From the NCBI GenBank assembly GCA_035257485.1, contig DATEWZ010000092.1, forward strand, positions 4,399 through 68,398: a stretch of 64,000 nt of DNA, given 5' to 3'. Shown one piece after another: positions 8,903 to 19,234 of this stretch; within the stretch, counting starts at the first letter, position 1, and each line of letters starts with the position of its first letter. Source of the stretch: Chthoniobacterales bacterium. GTDB lineage: Bacteria; Verrucomicrobiota; Verrucomicrobiia; Chthoniobacterales; UBA10450. The notes beneath the pieces were generated by a model. That model made no database searches. It had not been told where the DNA came from and saw nothing but the letters and a program-made list of their open reading frames with translations. Position numbers and translations under genes: made by a program.

Positions 8903-9802
8903 TTGTTGCCGATGTCCTGCGCAAAAATCGATCCAGCCCTGCATCAGCCGCACAAGCCGTCCTGGATCAAGGTCCGCTTGCCGTCGAATCCGGTTTTCTT
9001 TTCGACCAAGGCGCTGATTTCCGATCTGCGCCTGCACACCGTTTGTGAAAGCGCGCAATGCCCGAATCGCTGGGAATGTTGGAGCCAGGGCACAGCCACT
9101 TTCATGATCGCGGGCGATCGTTGCACGCGTGCCTGCGGATTTTGCGCGGTGACAACGGCGAAGCCGTTCGCGCTCGAAGAGGACGAACCGCAACGCGTCG
9201 CCGAAGCCGTCATGCGGATGAAATTGAAGCATGTTGTGATCACTTCTGTCGCGCGGGACGATTTGCAGGACGGCGGCGCTAACCATTTCGCGCGCGTTAT
9301 CACCGCGATTCGAAAAGCGGATCCGTCGATTGTTATAGAGGTTCTGGTTCCGGATTTTCACGCAGACGACGCGTGCATTCAGGCGGTGCTCGATGCCGGA
9401 CCCGAAATTTACAATCACAACATGGAAACGGTTGAGCGACTGACGCCGCTCGTGCGCTCACGCGCGAAATACCGGACTTCGCTAAAGGTTTTGGGACGCG
9501 CGAAAGGACTTTCGCCAAAAACGGTCACGAAAAGCGGCATCATGCTCGGGCTGGGCGAAACCGAACCGGAAATTTTCCAAACGATGGACGATTTACGCGA
9601 GGTCGGGTGTCAGGTCCTGACAATGGGCCAGTATCTGCGCCCGACGCCGAACCATTTGCCGGTGGTGGAATTCATCACACCGGAGCAATTCGATCTCTAC
9701 GGCGAGATCGCGCGCAAAAAGGGATTCGAACACGTCGCATCGGGGCCGCTCGTACGCAGCTCCTATCACGCGGCCGATTTTCATCCGGTTGTCCGCGATT
9801 GA
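8903..9802 (+). CDS. lipA: lipoyl synthase
   Basis: CESAQCPNRWECW and the radical-SAM motif CTRACGFCAV are the two LipA Fe-S cluster motifs. Confidence 0.95.
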   Translation: MLPMSCAKIDPALHQPHKPSWIKVRLPSNPVFFSTKALISDLRLHTVCESAQCPNRWECWSQGTATFMIAGDRCTRACGFCAVTTAKPFALEEDEPQRVAEAVMRMKLKHVVITSVARDDLQDGGANHFARVITAIRKADPSIVIEVLVPDFHADDACIQAVLDAGPEIYNHNMETVERLTPLVRSRAKYRTSLKVLGRAKGLSPKTVTKSGIMLGLGETEPEIFQTMDDLREVGCQVLTMGQYLRPTPNHLPVVEFITPEQFDLYGEIARKKGFEHVASGPLVRSSYHAADFHPVVRD

Positions 9803-9918
9803 TTGTCCTTCTGAGAGAAGCGAAGAATCTCTGGCCGCTTTTCTGCTTCGTTAAGGAAAACTAAATGATCAGAGATGTTTCGCTCCGCTCAATATGACAG
9901 CATTGAAAAAGGAGATCG

Positions 9919-10593
9919 GTGTTGAATAAGCCACGCGTCGCGGCGGTCATTCCCGCTTACAACGAAGAGAAGCACATCGGCGACGTCGTTCGCCGAACGA
10001 GGCAGCAGCTCGACGACGTTTTGGTGGTTGATGATGGATCGCAGGACAAAACGGCCGATAACGCGCGCGCGGCTGGCGGTGAGGTGATTGTTCACGAACA
10101 GAACCACGGCAAAGGCGAAACGATCAAGACTGGATTGCGCCATTGGTTAGATCGACAATTTGATTTCGTGATCATTCTTGATGCCGATGGTCAGCATCCA
10201 CCGGAAGAAATCGATCGCTTCGTTACGGCGGCGCTGTCGGCGAAGGAACCGAAACTAATTCTAGGCACGCGGATGAACGATCTTTCATCGATGCCATTCG
10301 TGCGACGAGTTGTGAATCGCTGGATGAGCAATCGCATCAGCGCGGTTTGCGGTCAGGAAATTCCGGACACGCAATGCGGTTTTCGCATGCTGCATCGACA
10401 ATTGATCCCCGAATTGCTCGGCGGCGCCGCGCGTTTTGATTACGAAACCGAGATGTTGATCATCGCCAGCCGCAAAGGTTTCAGGATCGCGTCGGTCCCG
10501 ATCAGTACCGTTTACTCCGACGAGGTGAGCAGCATTCACCCGGTGCGCGACACGATCCGGTTCTTCAAACTGATGCGACGGTATTCCCGCTAG
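9919..10593 (+). CDS. family 2 glycosyltransferase
   Basis: AVIPAYNEEKHI...VVDDGSQDKT...ILDADGQH (DxD) is the GT2 GT-A fold signature. Confidence 0.85.
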   Translation: MLNKPRVAAVIPAYNEEKHIGDVVRRTRQQLDDVLVVDDGSQDKTADNARAAGGEVIVHEQNHGKGETIKTGLRHWLDRQFDFVIILDADGQHPPEEIDRFVTAALSAKEPKLILGTRMNDLSSMPFVRRVVNRWMSNRISAVCGQEIPDTQCGFRMLHRQLIPELLGGAARFDYETEMLIIASRKGFRIASVPISTVYSDEVSSIHPVRDTIRFFKLMRRYSR

Positions 10594-10630
10594 ATCAGGA
10601 AACGAAGAGATGTCGCTTCACGGGTGTCGT

Positions 10631-11170
10631 TCAGCGAGAGTCGTATTGCAGGGAAGATGTGATCTGGTCGAAGCCAGCGACAACAAGATCTTCTTCGCTG
10701 GCAACCTGAGACACAACGTAGATCATTTTGCTGCCAAATCGCTTCTGTTTATAGATACGTGTATGCGGAACACCTTCGCCGACAGCTTTGATTGAAAATT
10801 GTTCGCTCACCGATTTGTATCCATCGCGTTCCTCCGGCTCTCCAAACGTCGACGCGGTGCTGGTTGCAAAACGTGGAAGCTTTTGTTGCGCGTTTGATGA
10901 GAATTCACGCACGAAATCGCTCATCGGAACAGAATCGTCAGCGGTGAAAACTTGAATGATTAAAATCGCTTCTCCCGGTGTTTCGATTACAAGGTGGCGC
11001 ATCGATTCGTTTTGTGAATCTGCGGTGACTTTCCAATTGTCAGGGTATTGGAATTGAATCCCGTCTTTATTGTATGCCTTCGGCTGCTTGACGTTGGCTG
11101 TTCGTTCACAGCTTACCAATGCAAAGGAAATTATCCCCGACAGCAGCGTCGTTGCTACAAGGGGATGCAC
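10631..11170 (-). CDS. hypothetical lipoprotein
   Basis: Lipobox-like N-terminus (LLSGIISFALVSC). 179 aa. Confidence 0.55.
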   Translation of the reverse strand: MHPLVATTLLSGIISFALVSCERTANVKQPKAYNKDGIQFQYPDNWKVTADSQNESMRHLVIETPGEAILIIQVFTADDSVPMSDFVREFSSNAQQKLPRFATSTASTFGEPEERDGYKSVSEQFSIKAVGEGVPHTRIYKQKRFGSKMIYVVSQVASEEDLVVAGFDQITSSLQYDSR

Positions 11171-11171
11171 T

Positions 11172-11693
11172 TCAAATCAGCCCGCGCTTGCGGAAGTCGC
11201 CGATGTTGCCGCCGCTGGAGCGCTCGATCATGTCGATGGTGAACTTCAGGAGGCAAACTTCCCACGCGTCGTCCACCCCCTGAATTACTGCACTGAGCGG
11301 ATCGTCGCGATGTTGGACGTACGATTTCGTGCGCTCGATCACGTTCTCGATCGGATCGCGAAACATTTGTTCGCTTACATCGGTCTTGCGGAATTGAAAT
11401 CCGTAGCGCAGCACGGCCATGTTATGGAACCGCTCGCGAAGTTGATCGGCATAGCGCTGCGCTTTCTCGCCGAAACCTTCGAGCAGGAGGCGACTCAAAT
11501 GTTCGGGCGTGAGAATTTGTGGTCGATCGGCGTGAATTTTTCCGTCGCGGACGCGGACTTCGTTGGCGCGGTCCATTAGTTCGGAGATGAGATAGAACCG
11601 AAAACTGGTGGTACCGAAGGTGGCGATCTTCTGCTCAGGAGCGAGGATCACCTGCGTGTTTTCAATCGCGTATTGGAAATCGTCTTCCTTCAT
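11172..11693 (-). CDS. cytoplasmic hypothetical protein
   Basis: 173-aa ORF with protein-like composition, 1 nt from the downstream lipoprotein gene. No family recognised. Confidence 0.55.
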   Translation of the reverse strand: MKEDDFQYAIENTQVILAPEQKIATFGTTSFRFYLISELMDRANEVRVRDGKIHADRPQILTPEHLSRLLLEGFGEKAQRYADQLRERFHNMAVLRYGFQFRKTDVSEQMFRDPIENVIERTKSYVQHRDDPLSAVIQGVDDAWEVCLLKFTIDMIERSSGGNIGDFRKRGLI

Positions 11694-11742
11694 TTGGGTA
11701 GCGAAAGGTAGCGGCGCTTGACCTCAATCGCCAATGGCTACC

Positions 11743-12696
11743 TCAATCGAGGGCCGAAGCTTCGAACGCGATTGTGTCGATCTCGCGCACTCGCGCCGAA
11801 CGCCAGCGCAATACCGCTTCGGCGGTGAAAATGACGAGGGCGATCCAGATCACGACGAACGTGACCAAGTGTTCACGCGTGAACGGTTCGTGATACAGGA
11901 ACACGCCGAGAAAGAACGAGCCGATTGGGGAGAGATATTGAAGGAACCCGACGGTGATCAGCCGCAGATGGCGCGTCGCGTAGCCGAACCAAAAAAGCGG
12001 AAGGGCGGTGACGACGCCGGTGCTGACGAGCAAGATCGACAACCACCAGCCGGCGCGGCGGAAATTGAGCGCGCCTGAATGTTGGAGATAAAAAAGAAAA
12101 ATGACCGCGAACGGCACAAGCAGAATTGTTTCGATGAACAGGCCGGGGATCGCAGCGGTGCCGGATTGTTTTCGAAGCAATCCGTAAAGTCCGAAGGTGA
12201 GGCACAGCGAAACCGCGATCCACGGAAAGCGGCCGTAACCGAAAGTCAGATTCAGAACACCAAGCGCGGCGAGGAGGACGGAGGCGAGTTGCGGGCGCGT
12301 TAATCGTTCGCGCAGGAAAATCGCACCGAAGAGGACGTTCATCAGTGGAGTCATGAAATAGCCGAGACTGGTTTCGACAACGTGGCCGATGTTGACTGCG
12401 TAAATAAAAAGGAACCAGTTCGTTGCGATCGCGAGTCCGCCGGTCAGGCAAAAAATTCGCGCGCGCGGCGAACGCGCGTTGGCGATCAGCTCCGGCCAGC
12501 GCCGCTGCCAGGTCAAAATGGTGGAGAAAAAAATCGTCGTCCAAACGAACCGGTGGGCAAGAATTTCAGTGGCCGGGACAGCGGCGATGAGCTTCCAGTA
12601 AACGGGAATCAATCCCCACGTCGTGAAGCACGCGATCCCGGCGATGAGGCCTAAGGTCTCGTGGGATTTTTCGCCATCCGTCCGGCGGATCGACAT
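11743..12696 (-). CDS. rarD: RarD-type EamA-family transporter
   Basis: GLIAGIACFTTWGLIPVYWKLI...ILAHRFVWT matches the RarD N-terminal pattern. 10-TM layout. Confidence 0.8.
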   Translation of the reverse strand: MSIRRTDGEKSHETLGLIAGIACFTTWGLIPVYWKLIAAVPATEILAHRFVWTTIFFSTILTWQRRWPELIANARSPRARIFCLTGGLAIATNWFLFIYAVNIGHVVETSLGYFMTPLMNVLFGAIFLRERLTRPQLASVLLAALGVLNLTFGYGRFPWIAVSLCLTFGLYGLLRKQSGTAAIPGLFIETILLVPFAVIFLFYLQHSGALNFRRAGWWLSILLVSTGVVTALPLFWFGYATRHLRLITVGFLQYLSPIGSFFLGVFLYHEPFTREHLVTFVVIWIALVIFTAEAVLRWRSARVREIDTIAFEASALD

Positions 12697-12755
12697 CGTG
12701 AAACTGTAGCGATGATTGCGAGTGTCGCACCAAGCGTTTACGCGTTGGCGCCGAA

Positions 12756-13358
12756 TTATTTCTGGGCGCTCTGCGGCACCGCCGATTTGTAAGCCGCGTA
12801 GCCCGCGCTTTCCATCTCTTCGGTCGGAATAAAATACAAGGCGGCAGAATTCACGGCATAACGTTGGCCCGTTGGCGAGGTGGGATCCTGAATCAAATGG
12901 CCGAGATGTGCGTCGCTGCGCTTCGCCCGCACTTCAATGCGATGCATGTCGTAGGAATTGTCATCGCGCTGGACGATCGAATCATTCGAGATCGGCTTGC
13001 TGAACGTCGGCCGACCGGTGCCGCCGTCGAATTTGTCGGCCGAGGAAAAGAGCGGCTCGCGGGTGATGATATCGACATAGATGCCCGGGCTGAACTTGTC
13101 CCACAATTTATTTTTGAATGCGGTCTCCGTGCCGTTCTCGCGCACGATGTGATATTGTTCCGGGGACAAGCGTTTGCGCAACGTTGCGTCATCAGGGACC
13201 GGACGGTTTGGATCGAATCCGGTCATCGTTTCCTTCACGCTATGCGCGAAAAAAACGAAATATAGAACCACGGCCGTCGCAATAACCGCAATGATGATTC
13301 CGATGACGATGCTTACGCGTGAAGCGTCGCCGGGTGTGATTCGAGCGCCTTCGTCCAT
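12756..13358 (-). CDS. membrane-anchored MsrB-like protein, cysteine-free (predicted non-catalytic)
   Basis: N-terminal TM helix plus a SelR/MsrB fold (GIYVDIITREPLFSSADKFDGGTGRPTF; HLGHLIQDPTSPTGQRYAVNS). The catalytic RYCxNS Cys is Ala and the protein contains no Cys at all. Confidence 0.8.
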   Translation of the reverse strand: MDEGARITPGDASRVSIVIGIIIAVIATAVVLYFVFFAHSVKETMTGFDPNRPVPDDATLRKRLSPEQYHIVRENGTETAFKNKLWDKFSPGIYVDIITREPLFSSADKFDGGTGRPTFSKPISNDSIVQRDDNSYDMHRIEVRAKRSDAHLGHLIQDPTSPTGQRYAVNSAALYFIPTEEMESAGYAAYKSAVPQSAQK

Positions 13359-13400
13359 GCCTACCTCGCTTCAGAGTGAAGCAAAAAGGCGCGAGCGAAG

Positions 13401-14030
13401 TCACTCCTTTTTTTCGAACGGAGAGAGGTATTCGGAATAACCTTCGTCCTGCATTTTGTTCGTTTGAATGAAACGCAAGGCGGCGGAATTAATGGCAAAC
13501 CGTTGACCGGTCGGCGAGGTGGCGTCCTGGAAAACGTGACCGAGGTGCGAGTTGCTCAATTTTGCTCGCACTTCGGTGCGTTGCATGTTGTGAGAATTGT
13601 CGGCCTGCTCGAATACTGCGTCCGGCGTAATCGGTTTCGTGAACGTCGGCCGGCCTGTTCCGCTGTCGACCTGATCGCGCGAGCTAAAGAGGGGATCGTT
13701 GGTGATCGCGTCGACGTAGATGCCGGGCTTGGTGTTGTTCCAATATTTGTTTCGAAACGCGGTCTCGGTTTCACCCAGCCGCATGACGCGATATTCCTCG
13801 TCTTTTAACTTCGCGTGCAACACGGATTCGCTCGGGACCGACTTGAGATAATTGTAATCGCCCGATTTCTTTTTTCCGGCGAGGATGCTGCTGTAATGCA
13901 GAAATCCAGCCATTACGACAATGGCTGCGGCCAAGCCGAGCCATAAGGTTAAATGCGACGAGCGCTTCTGTCGGATCCGATGCATTGCCGCGAAAATCCC
14001 TGAAATGTTCCTAGTGTTTTGACGGGCCAA
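13401..14030 (-). CDS. membrane-anchored MsrB-like protein, cysteine-free (predicted non-catalytic)
   Basis: TM anchor plus GIYVDAITNDPLFSSRDQVDSGTGRPTF and HLGHVFQDATSPTGQRFAINS. No Cys anywhere in the protein. Confidence 0.8.
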   Translation of the reverse strand: MARQNTRNISGIFAAMHRIRQKRSSHLTLWLGLAAAIVVMAGFLHYSSILAGKKKSGDYNYLKSVPSESVLHAKLKDEEYRVMRLGETETAFRNKYWNNTKPGIYVDAITNDPLFSSRDQVDSGTGRPTFTKPITPDAVFEQADNSHNMQRTEVRAKLSNSHLGHVFQDATSPTGQRFAINSAALRFIQTNKMQDEGYSEYLSPFEKKE

Positions 14031-14114
14031 GCACCGCCCATCTTCAAACTTTCCTTAAATAATTCGCAGCCAAACGCGGAAACGGTTTGGCGTGAATCGG
14101 TTCGTCGTGTGAAA

Positions 14115-14804
14115 TTATTTTTTCTTTTCGAACAGCGGAAGGTATTGGCCATAGCCTTCTTCCTTCAATTTCTCCACCGGGATGAACCGGAGCGAGGCGG
14201 AGTTGATGCAATAACGCAGGCCGCCCTTGTCGGTCGGGCCGTCATCGAAGAGATGGCCGAGATGCGAATCGCCTTTGTTGCTGCGCACTTCGGTCCGCTC
14301 CATTCCAAACGTGCGGTCCGATTTTTCGGTCACGTTGTTCTTGTCGATCGGTTTGGTGAAACTGGGCCAGCCGCTGCCGCTGTCGAATTTGTCGAGCGAA
14401 GTAAAGAGCGGTTCGCCGCTGACAACATCGACATAAATGCCGGCGCGATGGTTGTCCCAATACTCGTTGCGAAACGGCGGCTCGGTCCCGCATTGCTGGG
14501 TCACGCGATATTGTTCGGGCGTAAGTTTCTTTTTCAAATCGTCAGCGGACGGTTTGGTCGAACTTTGATCAGTGGATGATGGAGTTGTCATAGAAGTCGA
14601 TGGGGCAGGTGAAGCGCTCGGCGCCTGACCGCGAGCGCGGTTGAGAAAAATCAAGACCGCGACCAACGCAACAAATATCACCGCGCAGAATACCAACATT
14701 CCACGCGAGGAAGGCGGCGGACGCTTTGGTAATTGAATCACAGGTGAAAATACGACAGCCCATGGCTGAGGAAAGTTCAATTTGGAAGCGCGCGGCTCAG
14801 TCAC
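14115..14804 (-). CDS. msrB: membrane-anchored peptide-methionine (R)-S-oxide reductase, zinc-less type
   Basis: TM anchor and S/T/P linker, then [28 protein letters not shown] and [22 protein letters not shown] with the catalytic Cys retained. Confidence 0.85.
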   Translation of the reverse strand: MTEPRASKLNFPQPWAVVFSPVIQLPKRPPPSSRGMLVFCAVIFVALVAVLIFLNRARGQAPSASPAPSTSMTTPSSTDQSSTKPSADDLKKKLTPEQYRVTQQCGTEPPFRNEYWDNHRAGIYVDVVSGEPLFTSLDKFDSGSGWPSFTKPIDKNNVTEKSDRTFGMERTEVRSNKGDSHLGHLFDDGPTDKGGLRYCINSASLRFIPVEKLKEEGYGQYLPLFEKKK

Positions 14805-16248
14805 TGCGCCCGGCTTCGTGGACCTCGATGTAACGGCGGAAAATCAGCAAACCGACCGGTGCGACCGATGCGGCGCAGGCAAAGATGAACCACATCATTC
14901 CGGAATGGCGCGGTCCGGTTTCCGGGCAAAACGTGGCCAGCAACCAGCCGCTGCTGGTGATAAGAAGTTTTCCAAACAGGAACGGAAGGTAAGCGAGCGA
15001 ACCGTATGACGCTTCCTGGCCCGGCGGCGCGATCGATGCCGCATATTCATAAACCCGCGGTGAGTAGAATGCTTCGCCGATGGAAAAGATCGTCAGGTAA
15101 ATCGCGGACATGACGTAATACGGATGAACCATTCCGGTCAGTCCTAGGTACCCGTGGCCGAGCCAGCCGCCAACCAGTCCGTTCGCAGTCGGCACGAACC
15201 AATCCGTCGGCAATGCCATTATAAAAACACCCGCCGCGCAAATAATACTGCCGATAATGACCATACGATACGAGGCTATGCGTTGAGTCATAGCGCCGAC
15301 GATCGGAGCGAGCACAATAATAATAAGGGCGTTGATTCCGACCAGTTTGCCAACCGGTGCGTGCAATCCCATCTCGCGATCCCCAAATTTTGGGAAGACG
15401 TAATCCGCCAGCAGGAAAATCATTTTAAGAAATCCGATGAAGAGGAAGAACACGAGCAGGCGATAAAATGCCGATTGCCGGAGCAAACGGCCAAAGAGAT
15501 CGATCGTTTGCTTCGCGCTCGCGCGCACGGTCGCCATAATTGTCGGATGCGATTCACGCTGCCGCTCTTCACGTTTCCGCAGGAAATAAATCGTGGGAAA
15601 AAGCAGGATCTCGAGCGCCAGACTTACCGCAAAGAGTTGTTCGTGTACCGTCGGCTCAAACCCGGCGATATTCACGTGCAGGTCGAGCGATCGAACAAAA
15701 TCGAAAACGTAACCGGCGACCCAATAGCCGACGTTCATGAGCGCGTAGATGATCGAGAATGCGATCGAACGTTGCGCGGTCGTGGAATAAACTCGCGTCG
15801 CGGCCAGTAGAACCGGAGTGCCCAATGCTTCGCCGACTGCAAGCGGCAGCAGGCCGCAAACAAACGCCAGCGCTGGATTCGTGGTTAATACCATCACGCT
15901 GCGCGCGAACGTGCAGATCGCGACACCGATAAAAAAAGTGCGGCGTAAACCGATCGCGTCCGTCACCGAACCGGCCAGCAAAATGAAGATGGTCATGGCC
16001 GGCGCCCAAATCGACCCGATCATCACGCTCGCCCCCTGATCGCTGAATCCAAGGTCTTTCGACAACCAAAGGATCAATGTTTTATTCGTGATCGAATACG
16101 CGGTGTATATCAGGAGCTTGATCAGGAAGGTGAGCCAAAGCTCGCGCCGCGCGCTCTTGAGCACGGTGAACTTCGCGATGAATCCGCTGATTCCTCCCGG
16201 CGCGACGTGCTCCTCGCCTGCGGCTGTTTCTCGTATTGTTCCTGGCAC
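14797..16248 (-). CDS. MFS transporter
   Basis: 483 aa with 12-14 hydrophobic helices in an MFS-like two-half arrangement. Confidence 0.75.
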   Translation of the reverse strand: MPGTIRETAAGEEHVAPGGISGFIAKFTVLKSARRELWLTFLIKLLIYTAYSITNKTLILWLSKDLGFSDQGASVMIGSIWAPAMTIFILLAGSVTDAIGLRRTFFIGVAICTFARSVMVLTTNPALAFVCGLLPLAVGEALGTPVLLAATRVYSTTAQRSIAFSIIYALMNVGYWVAGYVFDFVRSLDLHVNIAGFEPTVHEQLFAVSLALEILLFPTIYFLRKREERQRESHPTIMATVRASAKQTIDLFGRLLRQSAFYRLLVFFLFIGFLKMIFLLADYVFPKFGDREMGLHAPVGKLVGINALIIIVLAPIVGAMTQRIASYRMVIIGSIICAAGVFIMALPTDWFVPTANGLVGGWLGHGYLGLTGMVHPYYVMSAIYLTIFSIGEAFYSPRVYEYAASIAPPGQEASYGSLAYLPFLFGKLLITSSGWLLATFCPETGPRHSGMMWFIFACAASVAPVGLLIFRRYIEVHEAGRSD

Positions 16249-16263
16249 GATGTCGATCTTGGC

Positions 16264-17130
16264 TTACAACATTTCGACTACAAACTTACGCGCGTCGAAT
16301 GGTGCGAAGCTTTCTATCCTTTCGCCGGTGCCGATGAAGCGGGTGGGAATTTTGAGTTCGTCCTGAATTGCAACCACGATTCCGCCTTTGCCGCTGCCGT
16401 CGAGCTTGGTCACGATCAAACCGGTCAATCCGAGCGCTTGATGAAATTCGCGCGCCTGACTGAGTGCGTTGCCGCCAGTTGTCGCGTCAACCACGAGTAA
16501 AATCTCGTGCGGTGCGGTTGGATCGTTCTTCGCGAGCGTTTGTTTTATCTTTTGAAGCTCGGCCATCAGATTTGTTTTGGTGTGTAAACGTCCAGCGGTA
16601 TCGCAGATCAAGAAATCGATCTTGTCGCTGACGGCTTTTTGATGCGCGTCGTAACAAAGCGCAGCGGGATCGGCCCCGTACTGACCGGCGACCATCTCAA
16701 CACCAAGCTGTTTCGCCCAAATCCCAAGTTGCTCGATCGCTGCAGCGCGAAAGGTGTCCGCGGCCGCGAGAAGAATTTTTTGGGACGACTCGGAGGAGGT
16801 CCCTCCATTCTTTAAATAATGCACGAGTTTGGCGACTGAAGTTGTTTTGCCCGTTCCGTTCACACCAACCACGAGGATGACAGTTGACTTTCCGGAAGCG
16901 CGCTGGATCGACTTTGTTTCTTTCGGCAGGATTTTCGAAATTTCTTCGCGCGCGACTTTGATCACATCGGAAATTCCAAGCAGCGACCACGCTTCGCGTT
17001 CTTGAAGCTGTTCGATGATTCGCGTTGTGAGAGGCACGCCGAGATCGGCGCGAATGAGCGCATGCTCGAGCTCATCCCAATCAATCGGTTTGCCGGCGAA
17101 CTGCTGCGCCAGCGCTTCAAGAAGCTTCAT
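16264..17130 (-). CDS. ftsY: signal recognition particle receptor FtsY (short form)
   Basis: SRP-GTPase motifs GVNGTGKTTSVAKL, DTAGRLH and TKLDGSGKGG. Confidence 0.95.
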   Translation of the reverse strand: MKLLEALAQQFAGKPIDWDELEHALIRADLGVPLTTRIIEQLQEREAWSLLGISDVIKVAREEISKILPKETKSIQRASGKSTVILVVGVNGTGKTTSVAKLVHYLKNGGTSSESSQKILLAAADTFRAAAIEQLGIWAKQLGVEMVAGQYGADPAALCYDAHQKAVSDKIDFLICDTAGRLHTKTNLMAELQKIKQTLAKNDPTAPHEILLVVDATTGGNALSQAREFHQALGLTGLIVTKLDGSGKGGIVVAIQDELKIPTRFIGTGERIESFAPFDARKFVVEML

Positions 17131-17561
17131 TCCTTGCGAACAGGCTCGCGCGCGGGGCGGTCGAGATCTTTGCGAATGCGATCGAGAATTCCGTTCACGA
17201 AAGCGCCCGACTCAGCGCCGCCAAATGTTTTCGCGAGCTCGATCGCTTCGTTGATTGAAACCACGGGCGGAATGTCGTCGCGATAGAGCATTTCGTAGAT
17301 CGCGAGCCGGAGGACGTTGCGATCGACCGCCGAGATGCGGTTCAAGTTGTAGTTCTCGCAATATTTTTTGATCCGCTCGTCGATCTCGGCGAGGTGCTCG
17401 ACCATGCCCTCGATCAGCGGTTGGGCGAATTCGCGCACGCCCGGCTTCACGGGACAGAATTCCCAAAAATCGTCGATCCGTTCCGGAGTTTCGCCGCGCT
17501 GGAGATCGCGCCAGAAATGATATTGAATGGCCGCTTCTCGCGCGCGATGCCGCTTTCCCAT
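17127..17561 (-). CDS. nusB: transcription antitermination factor NusB
   Basis: 144 aa. LRLAIYEMLYRDDIPPVVSINEAIELAK is NusB-like, and the gene sits in the conserved ribH-nusB pair. Confidence 0.9.
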   Translation of the reverse strand: MGKRHRAREAAIQYHFWRDLQRGETPERIDDFWEFCPVKPGVREFAQPLIEGMVEHLAEIDERIKKYCENYNLNRISAVDRNVLRLAIYEMLYRDDIPPVVSINEAIELAKTFGGAESGAFVNGILDRIRKDLDRPAREPVRKE

Positions 17562-17562
17562 A

Positions 17563-18051
17563 CTATTTGTTCCGCAGTTTCGCGATCACATTGGAAATCT
17601 CGACTGCGGCCCGCGCCGCTTCGGTGCCGCGATTGATTTCATTTTCCAAGCATCGCGCGCGCGCCTGCTCTTCATCAGCGAAGTTGAGGACGACATTGAT
17701 AACGGGAAGGCCGTGAGTGATTGCGATGCGCTGAAGCGCGTCGGTTACAGATCGGCTGAGATTTTCGGCGTGATTGGTTTCGCCCTGCAAGATAACGCCG
17801 ATGGCGATGATAACGTCGCCACGTTTTCGCGAGGCGAGCTCGCGAACGACGACCGGAATTTCGAACGAGCCCGGAACTTGGATGAGCGAAGTGGTGACGC
17901 CGGGCGCGAGCAGCCGTAGCTCCGCGGTGACGTGATCGATTAAACCCTGGACGTAAGCGGCGTTAAATTGACTGGCGACAATTGCGAAATGTTTTTTCGA
18001 TCCGCCGGAACCAATAACGGTGCGCGGACGAGGGACGATCAAGTTCGACAT
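17563..18051 (-). CDS. ribH: 6,7-dimethyl-8-ribityllumazine synthase
   Basis: FAIVASQFNAAYVQGL...VPGSFEIPVV...GVILQGETNH is the lumazine synthase pattern. Confidence 0.95.
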   Translation of the reverse strand: MSNLIVPRPRTVIGSGGSKKHFAIVASQFNAAYVQGLIDHVTAELRLLAPGVTTSLIQVPGSFEIPVVVRELASRKRGDVIIAIGVILQGETNHAENLSRSVTDALQRIAITHGLPVINVVLNFADEEQARARCLENEINRGTEAARAAVEISNVIAKLRNK

Positions 18052-18072
18052 CGCCCTTTAATGCTTCAACAA

Positions 18073-18100
18073 GTGACGAGTGACAAGTGACGAGTGACGA
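18073..18100. repeat. (GTGACRA)x4 tandem heptamer array, intergenic
   Basis: Direct read: GTGACGA GTGACAA GTGACGA GTGACGA, between the ribH start and the upstream lipoprotein stop. Confidence 0.85.
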
Positions 18101-18117
18101 GGGAGACCCCGCCAATG

Positions 18118-18786
18118 CTACAAACGAGAGAGCGCCTTTTCGGCCAACGCCTTGGAATGGTTGATCTTCGATTCTTCGCTCTCCGGTCCGCCGACGCTGA
18201 TGCGGATGAAGACGTCGTTTTTCAAAACATAGATCGCGCCGCCCATACGGTTCGCGGTCCAATAGGCGGCATCGCCAACACCGTCGATCTTCTTCGGCGG
18301 TTGATCTCCCTCGCGTTCTTCGTGCTCTTCCAAACTCTCCTTCTTTCGCTTGTCGCCCTCTTCCTCTTCTTCTTCTTTTCCGCCTGCGGCCGCATCCGCC
18401 CAACGCGCGAACGAATGCTTCCAAAAGTCCCGCGGGTTTTTCGCCTTTGGCGAACCGGGATTGCTTTGGGTCACGGCGAGGCTAACTGATTTATTGAACG
18501 TCTCGGCCGTGTAAAAACATTGCGCGATCCGATAACTATTATCGGAATTCTCGCTGCCTTTGACGTCCTTGATCGGCGAACCTTGAATTTTCTCGATCTC
18601 GTCCTTGGTGATCAAACCGCAGGCATCGATCTTCGGACGGTTCGAGGGTGGGGAAGATTCGTTCTCCGCTGTCCTAGGTTTTTTGCACCCGGCGGTAGCG
18701 CCGAGGGAAATGATTGCCAGAGAAATCGTCAGGACCTGTGAGGTCGATCTGAGAAAAGGCGTAATCATAAAGTTAAGTTCGTTCAC
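18118..18786 (-). CDS. hypothetical lipoprotein with an acidic/Lys-rich insert
   Basis: Lipobox (SLGATAGC). 222 aa with a GGKEEEEEEGDKRKKESLEEHEEREGD low-complexity stretch. Confidence 0.6.
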   Translation of the reverse strand: MNELNFMITPFLRSTSQVLTISLAIISLGATAGCKKPRTAENESSPPSNRPKIDACGLITKDEIEKIQGSPIKDVKGSENSDNSYRIAQCFYTAETFNKSVSLAVTQSNPGSPKAKNPRDFWKHSFARWADAAAGGKEEEEEEGDKRKKESLEEHEEREGDQPPKKIDGVGDAAYWTANRMGGAIYVLKNDVFIRISVGGPESEESKINHSKALAEKALSRL

Positions 18787-19234
18787 CCGCCGGACGCGCC
18801 ACGACCAAACCTGTCAGCAGAAAAATGAGCGCTGCGGAAAACAAACAGTAGCGGCAGAAGGCGTGGAGCCGGAAAGCCTGGACGTAAAGCAGCCAAAGAG
18901 TCATGCAGAACATCGCCAGAACCGCCCAGTTGAAAAATCTTCGCGCGAGCGCGTAACCGAAAACGGCAAAGATGGCGAAGCTGAAAACGCTAAAATAGGC
19001 TAACGCGCCGAGCCCGCTCAACGGAATCGGACCGATCTTTGCGTAGGAGCTGCCCAAAACTTGCGAGCAATCCGAGGATCCGCCGCAAACCGCCGTTTCG
19101 CCGGACAAAAACATCACCGTGAGGTAAGTCGCTTCGGCCACGCCGACGAGCGCGATCAGCGCGGCGATGGTGTAGAAAATTGTCTGAACACGCGAAGGGT
19201 TTGATGTGGATCCTGCCACGGCCTGTGATTTCAC
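18773..19234 (-). CDS. vitamin K epoxide reductase (VKOR)-family membrane protein
   Basis: Loop cysteines CGGSSDC plus the active-site CRYC in a TM helix. I place the start at GTG 19234 (GTGA overlap with the dsbA-like stop), because the upstream part of the 241-aa ORF overlaps the DsbA-like gene and is Arg-rich junk. Confidence 0.75.
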   Translation of the reverse strand: MKSQAVAGSTSNPSRVQTIFYTIAALIALVGVAEATYLTVMFLSGETAVCGGSSDCSQVLGSSYAKIGPIPLSGLGALAYFSVFSFAIFAVFGYALARRFFNWAVLAMFCMTLWLLYVQAFRLHAFCRYCLFSAALIFLLTGLVVARPAGERT

